DNA from: Octopus sinensis
Taxonomy: Eukaryota
Assembly: GCF_006345805.1 (NCBI RefSeq)
Contig: NC_042997.1
Span: 77,004,001 to 77,068,000, forward strand
DNA length: 64,000 bases
Reading direction: 5' to 3'
Shown here: positions 13,809 to 26,300 of the stretch, in pieces
Numbering within the stretch: the stretch's first letter is position 1
How the letters are laid out: each line of letters opens with the position of its first letter
Notes under the pieces: model-generated
Seen by the model: the letters and a program-made list of their open reading frames with translations, nothing else
Database searches by the model: none
What the model was told of the DNA's origin: nothing
Translations under genes and position numbers: made by a program

Positions 13809-14647
13809 TGTTACGGAATCACCCGTCGCCGCTCGCCCGAATGGGCAAGTTCGCCACGGAACCCAGAGAGAGGAGAGACACAACACAACAACAACAACCG
13901 CAGCAGCAGCACAGAGAGATACAGAGGCAACCGAGAGAGAGACACAAAACGGCAAGGCAACAACTGGCTTACATTTAACAACTAGTTTATGACAATCAAT
14001 TGTTACAACATCAAGATACATCAAAGCATTTAAAGGAAATAACAAATCAATACATCATACGGGTATACCACAGATCAAAGCATTTAAACATGCAAGTAAC
14101 AATATAACAGTCTGGAGACAACAGTTCTATTTCAAAGGTACACGTCCGAAGACACAGTTCTAGGCCTAACAGTTCAATTGTTCATTATACAATGTTCGTA
14201 TCACAACAATTCACGTTACAATTCAATGTTCATTATCGACTACATCAGAGTCCTTCTTTTTCTCTCTCTTCCTTCTTTCTCTTTATTTCTTTTACATCGT
14301 AACACGTATCAATACAATTAAATACCTTAATTCCTAATTAGAATAGCCAGTGTCCCATATTGCACCTCATCTCTCTCTGTACCGCTTATTCCTCTGTATA
14401 TATCCCTTTCTGCACTGCCAGCTCCAACCTGCCAAGCCCTCACATCCCAACCGCCTGCTCTGATCTTTCTCACCACTTTCCTTCTTCCTCACATCTCTCT
14501 GACCCCTAATCGACCGGCAAGGCCAAAGGTCCCTCCGAAAGGCCATTACTCTTCCAGTAAACAAAGGGCTGTTGCTTTTCTTCCAGACGTGCCGGCGCCT
14601 CTCCCAAAAAGTGGGTCAAGAAATACTGCACTAGCCAAACCATAACA
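13809..14647 (-). mobile_element. Solo LTR, Gypsy-type (839 bp)
   Basis: Ends TGTTACGG...CCATAACA (TG..CA, inverted), 4 bp TSD ATAT at 13805-13808 and 14648-14651; TATA-like element near 14400 and AATAAA near 14285 on the minus strand. Confidence 0.8.
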
Positions 14648-15249
14648 ATATAAAGGGCTTCTGGGGTTATAAACTGAGATCAATTTTCACAACTTATTAA
14701 TATAATTGAAGATAAATTTGACATATTACTTGCTATTATGATGGTATCTAATTAACCAGGTGTGACCTGTAAAATTAGAAACTTATCACGTGCCAGTTGA
14801 TAAAACAATAAGACAAATTGAAATAACAAACATTTGAAATGTTTTGGTAATGACAGGAAAGAAGATTAAATTTTACAATAATGTTTTCTATTTTCTATCA
14901 TTCATTAATCTTCAAATTGTCTGTAATTCCACAATTTATTTCAAACTTTATATTAGATGAGGTACTGTCTTCTTGATATCTTGTTTGAAAAGATCTGTAT
15001 TATAACTGAAAATATAACAGAATATATCAATTTGGTGAGAAGGGTTTTTTTTTTTTGGTGAATCATGGAAAAATATATGTATTTAGAATACAGGTAGTTC
15101 ACTAGTCACCATAGTTGTCCAACCCACACCAGAGAAATTTAAGAGTGGCTATCCTTGGGAACTACTACATGGGAACGACTTGCTATCACATCTGTAGTAG
15201 AATTAGAAAAGAAATTACAGATGTGCAGGCAAAATCTGGAATCAAAGAG

Positions 15250-15900
15250 CAAAGACTAAAATTCTTGTAAGCAGGAAAACTGTCAGAATTCTACTCCCAT
15301 CAGGTAAATAGCCCTGCTCAATATGTAGGCAGAAATACCTCATGCACATTATGGACATGCAAGTGGTGCAGTGGAACAACAGGAAAGTTAACAGAGTAAA
15401 TTGTTTTTCTTTGTGGAAGATGCACACAGGAAATACATTTTTTAGAATGCTCTGGAGGATCCCTTGAGGTAGTAAATAGTTTCTGTTACCTAGGTATCCT
15501 AATTAGCTGTAGAGGAGGATGTTCTGAAAGTATAGTTGTTAGACTAAGAATTGATTGAACATTTAGAAACCTATTAACTTCTGTTGACAATAAAATGTCG
15601 CTCTCTCTCAAAACAAAATGCAGATTGTATGATGCTTGTGTATGAACTGCAAAACTACATGGTTCTGACACATGGGACCTGAATACGAAAGACAAGTAAA
15701 CAGAAAGAAATGAAGCTTGCATGCTCCATTGGATATGCAACATCAGCATGTGTATGACAAAGTTCACATGTGTTGAAATGGATGAAACTTGTGAAAGGAA
15801 GAAACTCAAGATGATATGGGACTAAGTATTGAAGGCTGATCTCAAAATTTTGAGCCTCATGACAGAACTGAAATGATTGGTGTTTCTCATAACATGCAAC
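15250..15900 (+). mobile_element. Old, highly degenerate RTE LINE fragment
   Basis: Remnants of KTKILV, PCSIC, FCYLG and LHGSDTW. Confidence 0.75.
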
Positions 15901-17490
15901 CCTCGTCATCTTTTTTTTCCTGTTAATAATGATGATGATGTATCTTAATGCTATGTCATTTACCCCCAGTCTTACCTAAAGATTTGTAATTTGATGGACA
16001 TGTTCATTAAATTTAACTAACAAACAACTGTTCATTGTACACCACTTTCCTATATTTAAAGCTTAGCAAAAAAGAAACACATCCTAGTAGAATGAAGCCT
16101 TCTTAAGTGCATATTGTAGATATAAATGATCATAATCTGAGGATGCCATAATTGCAGTAATACTCTTTTAGCATTAACCAGGGGAAATGGAAATTAAGTT
16201 TTAATTCCTTTCTTACACTTGCTGTTTCATTTTCATTCTTTGTCTAGGTATTTAGTCTCGCAAATATATTATATAAATAACCATGGCTCATTAATCAATT
16301 AATTACCATGATGAGAGCTGTGGAGTTGGTTCTATTCCTAATGTGTCAGTTATGGGTAATATGGTTGCAATCAGAAGTAAAATATTACATCTAGAATATC
16401 AAGGCTATATTTTAGTTCAAGTTTTATCCTTTTATCATAAAAGCATTAACTCAATGGTAATTTATTGTTGTTTATTCCACCTTCTAATATTAAATTTTCA
16501 TTTTCTTTTGATTCTACAAAGTCAACTGGTGTATGTCTGACATTTTAATTCTTCTAAGCTCCTTTATCTTTTCAAATCTTGTCAGCATTTAGCCTTTTAT
16601 TTTTACTATTCTTTTATGAGAAATTACTTAAATTCCAATGGCTATATTTTTACATAATCTAATTAAAATATTTTGATGTTTTTTTTTCTACATTCCAAGT
16701 AGTTTTACTAAATCCCAAATATTCAGAATTTTTTTTCAAAAAGTTCAAGAATGATTATTGTGTCTACTCCTATGAAAGCAGGGTTCACTTCATTTCAATA
16801 CCATATTTTAGGGGTGGAAAAGAAGGCTGGGCTCTAATTTCAAAATTAACAAAATTCAAGAGCTCATTTCAAAATGATTAAAATCATGATCCCATTTCTT
16901 AATACTTGAGGTGAGGTTGGATTGTATAATTCAAGCCCATGCAGCACCACTATCTTTTCAGGAGGCTTTCTCCTTTCATATGATTCAGGGATTGGATCAC
17001 TCAGCTGTATCACACATCTAATCAACATTTCCCCTCTGCTCACAAGCTTACAAATATTTTCTGAGAGGAATTGGGCAATCATGTTGTTAGGGTGCTAGAT
17101 AATCAGCCAAGAGAGAGGTTTTTTTTTTTTTTTTTTTTTTTTGAGCATTCATATCCTGGTCATTTATTTTACATATATATAGCCCAGTCCATCTGCTATA
17201 AATGGGTGCCACAGGATAATAGGATAGAGATAAATTGCTATATGTTTCATTGTTTGTATGTTCAGTCTCCTTAACAGATATCATTCTCATCTGTTTAGCT
17301 ATACAGCTTCAAAACAATCTTACTGCTTCAATGCAATAGTTTATCGTAAGGTGTATTAGCCATCTGAATCTGGCTAGCCACTGGGGGGGGGGTACTGATG
17401 CTTTTAGCCCCAGGCGATCAACGTCACCAGAAGGACTTTAGACACTATCCCAGTGCCCTTGTGTTATTTGCAAAGGGAGGTCATCCTCCC

Positions 17491-17571
17491 TCGAAGACCC
17501 AAGTACTACATACGGACTATAGTTTCAAGGTAATTGCCTCTCGTCAACGCATGGTAAGCACCGGTCTTCGA
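17491..17571 (-). ncRNA. Type I hammerhead ribozyme candidate, copy 1 (C3U variant)
   Basis: Minus strand: UCGAAGACC-GGUGCU-UAC-CAUGCG UUGACGA GAGG-CAAUUA-CCUU GAAA C-UAUA-G UC^ CGUAUG-U-AGUACU-UG-GGUCUUCGA; all three stems pair and the triplet is GUC. Confidence 0.75.
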
Positions 17572-17830
17572 TGAAGGAGTCCCCTTGCAAATATATATAT
17601 AACGTTTTTCACAGCAACCACTGTCACTGATTTAGAAAAACTGTCTGAAAACAATAATAAATCTCTGAACGAGATATAAACAGTAACCGCTCGACAACGT
17701 AAGGTGTATTAGCCACTGGTGGGGTGGGGTGTTACTGATGCTTTTAGCCCCAGGCGATCAACGTCACCAGAAGGACTTTAGACACTATCTCAGTGCCCTT
17801 GTGTTATTTGCAAAGGGAGGTCATCCTCCC

Positions 17831-17911
17831 TCGAAGACCCGAGTACTACATACAGACTATAGTTTCAAGGTAATTGCCTCTCGTCAACGCATGGTAAGCA
17901 CCGGTCTTCGA
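17831..17911 (-). ncRNA. Type I hammerhead ribozyme candidate, copy 2
   Basis: Same core as copy 1; first stem I pair is G-U instead of G-C. Confidence 0.7.
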
Positions 17912-18972
17912 TGAAGGAGTTCCCTTGCAAATAAATATATAACATTTTTCACAGCAACCACTGTCACTGATTTAGAAAAACTGTCTGAAAACAATAATAA
18001 ATCTCTGAACGAGATATAAACAGTAACCGCTCGACAACGTAAGGTGTATTGACCATCTGAATGTGGCTAGTCACTGGGGGGGGGGGTGTTACTGATGCTT
18101 TTAGCCCCAGTTCTCCTTATAACCAAAAGATTAGTAAACTGTTGGTCCATGAAGTAATATCCAATATCTTGCCTGTAGAAAATGTTTACTCATTTAAATA
18201 ATAATTGCTTGATGGACATCAGCCTGAAAATTTCATCAAAGAAGTCATAAAAGCACAATATTATAAAAAAAAATCTGAAATTTAATAATTTTCTCCTTTA
18301 GAAAAGTTCATTTATGGTCTACAAGTCAAACAATGATAGAAGAAATTTGTAAGTTTCTTAGTCCTCGAGTTATATGAAGACATCAAATTCTATTTATTAA
18401 AACAGAATTATAAGGCTTATGACACTTCTGTTAAGGTAATTTCTGAGAAACTTAGCTCAAATGTGTATCATAGTTTGGGTTAGTGAGCTCAAAATCTACA
18501 TGAAGACTCTTTTATTGAAATTGTTTTGTGTAAGTATTTGCTGGCATTTAACATTTGTGACATATAACTCTTATCTGCAGGGAAGAAGGGATTGAACATT
18601 TGTTCATAATAAAAAAATAGTGTTCACTAAATACATGACTTCTGATGAATAATTAACTTTGCTTTAGTTATATTAGCTCTGACAATTGTTCAGGAACAAC
18701 ATAGTAGTCAGCACTATAAAACTTAGCCCCTCCAGTGTTGTTGGACAACTAGAGGAAGTCTCATTGAAAACACATTTAATGGCTATTTATCATCATTTAT
18801 GAAAAACTCTTTTTCATTCAGCTGTTATTATCTAAGAAAATTTTCTTATACACAGTGACATTTATTGTCTCAGATGTTATCTGATAACATTTTTGGATAT
18901 TTTATGAGGCAGATCATCCTTAATCTTTTTTTAAACGCAATTGTAAGAGGTATATTTTGATCAGTGTCAGAG

Positions 18973-19016
<44 letters not shown>

Positions 19017-19824
19017 TACATACTTTTTTGTAGTGAGGTATACTGCAAAACTAGATGGGTTTCACTGGAAGGAAATGACTGACTAAGAGCAAGAGGAGGC
19101 ATCATTCTACTAGTGTAAACAAAGACAACAAACCAATATGACAAGTGAATGGTTTTCTTTTACTATTTTAAAATTGTTGTGGTTTCTTACTTATTAAAAT
19201 ATAATTTGTGTTATAAATTTGGAAATAACAAACATTAAAATGTGTTGTTACGTAGACACATAGAAGCCATTTTACCATGAAAATAACTTATCCCAAAATT
19301 CTGTTTGAAAGCTCATTAATATGGTCATATTTGTCGGTCTCGTCATCATATTTAAACCTATGTTCAATAATGGCAGCTGCAGTTTGCTAAACTTAATGTG
19401 AAGCTTACTGAGTTTTCAGTATTGTCTCTTTTATTTTCTTCTGTTCTACTCTGAGCTTTTGTCTTTGATTTTAAATAGTATGTTTTTTGCAATCAGAAAT
19501 TCTTGACTTTGCTGTTTCATCTCTTATTGATACTTTCTGTGATTCTAAGGTGTTTGCTTTCCTTTTCTAAGCCCTCTCACAAGTCTATAGGTTTTACCTG
19601 TAAATTCTATAGAATAAATTTAACTTTGGCATGTAGAGTTACTTCTGAATGTTACTTTGATCTTCTTTTAACCATATGTATCTTCCCATGCAGTCACGTT
19701 GGATTTTACTTTAACCCTATCTTTGTGATAGACAGGGTTTTGTACATTTGTTTTTGTGTGGAATATTATTAGTCCAAAAGTAATATTACTGGAACAAATG
19801 ACCTTTGTCAAACACTAGGCTCTT

Positions 19825-20210
19825 AACCACTGTGTGGTTAAGAAGTTTGCTTCACTACTGCTTAGTTTTAGGTTTAGCCCCTCTATGCAATACCTTGGGT
19901 AATTGCCATCGTATGAGAGCTGAACCAACCAATACTTTGTGAGTGAATTTTGTCAATAGAAACTGTTGAGATCCCATTGAACAAGTATATATATGTGTGC
20001 TTGTGCAAATCTATCTCTGAATAAAGTTTGCATTTCTTGTTGACAAGTTGCTCTGCACTTATAAAAAACTGGGAGAATAAAGGAACCTCTTGGAAAACTG
20101 ATAAGAGTTGGCAGCAGGAAAAGCATCCATCCATAAAATGCTTATTTCAAATGCATCTTGTCCAAACCTATGCTAATATGGAAAAATGGATGTTAAACAA
20201 ATTAATGAAT
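19825..20210 (+). mobile_element. CORE-type SINE followed by an RTE-like tail, degenerate
   Basis: tgtgtggttaagaagtttgcttc head, accttgggtaattgcc core remnant, gcatccatccataaaa...atggaaaaatggatgttaaa tail. Confidence 0.55.
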
Positions 20211-20683
20211 GTGTTATGTATTTAATGGTATCTTTATCACACTGTTCAGCTGCTTCTTCATATTAAGTTATATGGATCTACATATGGAGTCAGGTTAGAT
20301 TTGGACATCTTCCTTGTGTTCTCTACAGGTTATTTCTTTTCGCTTATAAATCTCTACATACTCCATCCTGCTTCTCTACAGTTATTTCTTTCTTAGTGTC
20401 TTTCCTGTTACTGAAACACTTAGCTTATCAGAAAATATTAAGACATGCAGAACATGGCCTTTTTTGAAAGACACAGAACTAAGTTTGTAAATGCAGGTTT
20501 TCTTCCTGTGTACTTGCTTTATGTTAAGAAACTACAAATAAGACACCTGCCATCTCACAAGGAAGAATCTACTATAATAATACTCTTGTGTTTTTCTCCA
20601 TCACAACATATGAATGAGAAAGGAAAGGGTGATAGATGAATTAGGAAGGAAGGGGTGAAAAAAATCAAATAGCATTTCAACTT

Positions 20684-21420
20684 TCATCATCGTTTAACAT
20701 CCGCTTTCCATGCTGGCATGGGTTTGACTGAGGACTAGCAAGCCAGATGGCTGCACCAGGCTCTAATCTGATGTGACAAAGCTTCTACAGCTGGATGCCC
20801 TTCCTAACGCCAACCACTCTGAGAGTGTAGTGGGTGCTTTAACATGCCACTGGCACAAGGGTCAGTCAGGCGGTACTGGTGATGGCCATGCACAAATGGT
20901 GTTTTTTTTTTATGTTTCACCTGCACAGGAGCCAGTCCAGTGACACTGGCAACGACCTCACTCGACTGTTGTTTTTCACATGCCAGTAAGGCAACGCTCA
21001 TGCTCGGATGGTGCTTTTAATGTTTCACTGGCATGGGTGCCAGTCAGGTGCTGAGATCGACCACACCAGCAAATTTCATTTTGATTGTGATTTCACTTGC
21101 TTCAACAGGTCTTCGCAAGCAAAGTTTAGTGTCCAACAAAAGAAAGATATGCATAAGTAGGCTGGTTACATCGCTGGCATAGGGCATGAGTTATGGTCTC
21201 ACTTGGCTTGCTAGGTCTTCTCAAGCACAGCATATTTCCAAAAGTCTCGGTCACTAGTCATTGCCTTGATGAGGCCCAGTGTTCGAAGGTTATGGTTCAT
21301 CACTTCATCCTAGGTCTTCCTGGGTCTATCTCTTCCCTCAATTGCTAGAGTGTGACACTTTTTCACACAGCTGTCCTCATCCATTCTCGCCACATGACCA
21401 TACTAGTGCAATCGTCTCTC
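20684..21420 (-). mobile_element. RTE LINE 3' end fragment
   Basis: tcatcatcgtttaacatccgctttccatgctggcatggg tail, plus reverse complement of ORF-end motifs (GRPRKT, RT). Confidence 0.85.
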
Positions 21421-21584
21421 AGTTATCCATCCATCTCCTTTATATACTATTGATATATGTATAGCATTGGTAAACTGAAACTGAAAACTTGCATTCAATG
21501 TAACAGTCCTAAGAAATATCATCATGGATTTAATTCTGATTTGCATGTTATGTGGATTTCACTGCCAGAAATTCCTCTCTAGTA

Positions 21585-22985
21585 TTAGGTCATCAAGTAT
21601 GAAATTTGTAGAAAAGAAAAGAAAAAGTTTACTAATGTTTTATAAATACAAGGAATAGTTTTATTCATCAAAGTATGCACCCATATTGTCAATACACTTC
21701 TGCCATTTCAGCGGTAGCTTGTCCAACCCAGAACTGTAAAAGCCTGGCAATCTAGAGTCAAAATTTTAGAAGGCCTGTTTTACAGCATCGTTGGAATTAA
21801 ATTTTTTTCCTATCAAAGGATTATCCAAATTCTGGAAGAAGTGGTAGTCAGTGGGGGCAACATCAGGTGAGTATGGTGAATGATGGAGAACTTTCAACTC
21901 CAACTCCTGTAGTTTCACCAATGTCATTTTTGCAATATGTGGTTTGCCGTTGCTTGCAATAAAATGGGAATGGATCCGGTGACTAATCTAGGCTGTTTTT
22001 TAGTAAGTTTCTGCATAATTTTGTCCATTTGGCTGCAGTATGCTTCAGCTGAGATTGATGAGCCAGGTTTAATGAAACCAGACCACCAAACACACACCAT
22101 CAGCTTCTTTTGATGAATTTTGCTTTTTGGACTGTGTTTGGTGACTCGTCATTGTCCAACCATTGTGCTGAATGTTTACGGTTGTTGTATTGGATCCATT
22201 TCTCATCACATGTTTGCAATTTGATTCAAAAATGATTCATTTTTGTGACAAGAAAGTAGCATAATGTAGGTTTTCAAACGATGCTGTTTCTAATTTTCAT
22301 TGAATTCATGTGGAACCCACTTATCCAACTGTTTCACATTACCAATTTGAACTAGGTGAGTCAGTATTGTTTGCTTGCTAACACCAAATAACAATGATGA
22401 TTTACAGGCATTTTCAGATGGATCTGACTTGACGCTGGCTTTCAGTTCATCATTATCCACCTTTGTTAAGGCAGCAGGCTGGCAGAAACATTAGCATGCT
22501 GGACGAAATGCTTAATGGTATTTTGTCTGTCTTTACGCTCTGAGTTCAAATTCTGCCATGGTCAACTTTGTTTTTCATCCTTTCACAGTCGTTAAATTAA
22601 GTACCAGTTGTGTACTGGGGTCGATCTAATCGACTGTCCCCCTCCCCAAAAATTTCAGGCCTTGTGCCTAGAGTAGAAAAGAGTATCCACCTTTGTTTCT
22701 GGTCAACTGCATTTCTCATTTGTTTGGTCAAAGTTACCAGAACAAAATTTTGCAAACCAATTTGATACTGTCTGCTGTGTAATAACATTAGAATGAAATA
22801 CTCCATTAATATTCCGAGCTGTCTGTGATTTTGTATTTCCAAGAAAGAACTCATATTTCAAAACTGTACGAATTTCCGATTTATCCATCTCTAAACAGAT
22901 ATAGCAAAAAATGATTTACAAATACTTTATAAAGTGCAAAATGAGTTAGAATAAAGAAATAGATGTGTCAGCTTTCTAATAAAAA
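21585..22985 (-). mobile_element. Degenerate mariner (DD34D-type) transposon interrupted by a SINE; ends approximate
   Basis: N-terminal HTH ORF 22703..22888 (MDKSEIRTVLKYEF); WVPHEF and HSPYSPDVAPTDYHFF motifs and C-terminal LPLKWQKCIDNMGAYFDE on the minus strand. Confidence 0.85.
22468..22683 (+). mobile_element. tRNA-derived SINE (central domain possibly Meta/Nin-like) with 14 bp TSD
   Basis: TSD tatccacctttgtt at 22454-22467 and 22684-22697; tRNA A/B-box-like head; gtcaactttgtttttcatcctttc...taaattaagtaccag domain. Confidence 0.85.
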
Positions 22986-23380
22986 ATAAAGATTGTCAAA
23001 ATATAATAATGACGCAAAATGAGCAGCTGTATGTACATAGTTTACAAAAGCATATTTTTTGTATTAGTTACTTAGTGATTAATGAATTGATTTAGTATAT
23101 TAGATTCCATTTACCTATATCATTTCTGTATATATAGGTGTATCAGTCAGTATATGTGTGTATCTCCAAATTTACTTTTACCATGTATAAGACCATTCAC
23201 ACACACTCATTTACACTATAAATGTTTGATTAAATGAGCAAAGAATGTGTAGGGTTATGACATCTCTCTCTAGTTGTATCTCACTAAAGTACTCTAACTG
23301 TGACAGCCTGTTCAACCCATACAAACATGGAGAGCTGACATAAAGTGTTGGTGGCCGCATAATATATATATATATATATA

Positions 23381-26300
23381 TCATCATCATCATCATCGTC
23401 GTTTAACGTCCGTTCTCCATGCTAGCATGGGTTGGACGGTTCGACCGGGGTTCTGGGCAGCCAGAAGGCTGCACCAGGCTCCAGTCTAATTTGGCAATGT
23501 TTCTACAGCTGGATGCCCTTCCTAACGCCAACCACTCCGTGAGTGTAGTGGGTGCTTTTTACGTGCCACCTGCACAGGTGCCAGGCGGGGCTGGCAACGG
23601 CCACGGTCAGATTGGTGTATTTTATGTGCCACCGGCACGGAAGCCAGTCGAGGCGGTGCTGGCATCGGCCACGAGTTGGATAGTGCTTTTTACGTACCAC
23701 CAGACCAGGGATCCTGGCTGGTTCAATTCGATTTCGATTTCGCTTGCCCCAACATGTCTTCACAAGCAAAGGAGGTTGGCATGGGTGCCTGTCGTACGGT
23801 CGCATTGGAGTATTTTACGTGCCACGGCCACGAGTCGGATAGTGCTTTTTACGTACCACCAGGCATGGGATCCTGGCTGGTTCAATTCGGTTTCGATTTC
23901 GATTTCGCTTGCCCCAACATGTCTTCGCAAGCATGGGGGGTTGGCATGGGTGTCTGTCGTCGGATGAGGTTCTATATCGACTTCGCTTGCTTCAGCCGGT
24001 CTTTGTGTCCAAGGGAGGAAAGGCATTCATAAGTGGGCTGGGCTCACTTGTCCTGCCTGGTCTTCTCACGTACAGAATATTTCCAAAGGTCTCGGTCTCT
24101 GGTCATTTCCTCAGTGAGGCCTAGAGTTCGAAGGTCGTGCTTCACCACCTCGTCCCAGGTTTTCCTGGGTCTACCTCTCCCACGGGTTCCCTCAACTGCT
24201 AGGGATTGGCACTTTCTCACACACCTATCTTCATCCATTCTCGCCACATGACCATACCAGCGCAATCGTCTCTCTTGCACACCACAACTGATGCTACTTA
24301 GGTACAACATTTCTCTCAAGGTGCTAACGCTCTGTCGAGTATGTACACTGACATTACACATCCATCGGAGCATACTGGCTTCATTCCTCACGAGCTTACG
24401 CATGTCCTCAGCAGTCACGGCCATGTTTCGCTGCCATGTAGCATGGCTGTTCGTACACACGCATCATACAGTCTGCCTTTTACTCTGAGCGAGAGGCCTT
24501 TAGTCACCAGCAGAGGTAAGAGCTCCCTAAACTTTGCCCAGGCTATTCTTATTCTAGCAGTTACACTTTCAGCGCACCCACCCCCACTACTGACTTGGTC
24601 ACCTAGATAACGGAAGCTATCAACTACTTCTAGTTTTTCCCCCTGGAAAGTGACGGAAGTTGTTTTCTGCAGATTTTCGGAGGTTAATGCTCCCGAGCAT
24701 CTGCCACATACAAAAACTATCTTCCCAGTTAGCCTACCTTTGACATTGCTGCACCTCTTATGTGTCCATAGCTTACACTGGGTACATCTTATAGAGTTTC
24801 TACCTACACCTTTTCTACAGATCGAGCAGGGCCATCTTCCTGAAGATATTTGTGGATTGTCTACCTTTCTACTTATTAGTACTTTGGTTTTAGCTAGGTT
24901 GACTCTAAGGCCCCTTGATTCTAAACCCTCCTTCCACACCTGGAACTTCTCCTCCAGTTCTGATAGTGACTCAGCAATAAGAGCAAGGTCGTCAGCATAG
25001 AGGAGCTCCCAGGGACAGCCTGTCTTGAATTCCTCCGTAATTGCCTGGAGTACTATGATAAATAGGAGGGGGCTGAGTACTGAACCCTGGTGGACCCCAA
25101 CCTCTACTTTGAATTCTTCTGTGTACATGTTGCCAACCCTAACCTTACTTACGGCATCTCTGTACATGGCTTGCACAGTCCTCACCAGCCATTCATCTAT
25201 CCCTAGTTTCCTCATTGACCACCAGATAAGGGATCGGGGGACCCTATCAAAAGCTTTCTCCATGTCAACGAAAGCCAGGTACAGGGGCTTATCTTTGGCT
25301 AGGTATTTCTCCTGCAGCTGCCTTACCAGGAATATAGCATCAGTGGTACTTTTCCCTGGCACGAACCCAAACTGCATCTCATCTAAACTAACTCTCTCTC
25401 TAATTAGTTGGGCTATGACCCTCTCCGTAACCTTCATTACTTGATCCAACAGCTTGATACCTCTGTAATTATTTGTATCTAGAGCATCACCTTTACTTTT
25501 GTAGCAGTTGACTAGTATGCTGCTGCACCAGTCATTGGGTATGACTCCTTCGTGTATCACCTGGTTGACTATACGGGTGACTAGGTTATAGCCGACACTG
25601 CCAGATATTTTGAGCATCTCTGCAGTAATTCCTGATGGGCCTGGCGCTTTCCCTGTCTTCATGCTTCTAATTGCCTTAGCTACCACGGAACTATCAACTC
25701 GGATAGCTGGTCCCTCTGTAGGGTCAACATTCGGCAGACTCTCTTTATCCCATTCATTTTCCTCATTCAGTAACCTCTCTTTGCATCCTCATTTAGCGCA
25801 AGTGAACCATCCTCCATGCGAACACATTTCTCTCCTACCACATCACGATTCTCTCTCACACACTGTCTTGCAACACGAAATACCTCAAGTCTTTCATCCT
25901 CACGGCGCAGGACATTGGCAAATTTTCTCTTATCTGCTTCCCCTCTGGCTAGATAGACCTGTCTCCTAGCTTCCCTTCTGGCAGTCTGATACCCTTCCCT
26001 GCTACCACCGTTCTTCCAGGCCTTCCAAGCCTGTTTCTTTTGTCTAATAGCCCTGTCAACAATATTGTTCCACCACCATGTTATTTTGGGTCTTAAGGGG
26101 ACTTTGCACCAGCCACAGATCTGGTCAGCGGCTTTCAGCAGGTTGTCCCTCAGAAACGTCCAGTTGTCTTCTACCCCATGTGTAGCTATACCCCCTTCCA
26201 CTTCGTCAAAGGCTTCAAGTAACATATCTCTAAATCTCTGTCCATTCGCAGGGGCTTTAAGCTTCCAGACCCTTCTTCTCCATGTTGGTCGTCTTCTAGT

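Larger units (their letters stand above)
17345..18110 (-). repeat. Tandem repeat of 353 bp + 340 bp + 73 bp partial unit, retrozyme-like
   Basis: Units start at cgtaaggtgtatt (17345, 17698, 18038); each complete unit carries a hammerhead fold on the minus strand. Confidence 0.9.
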
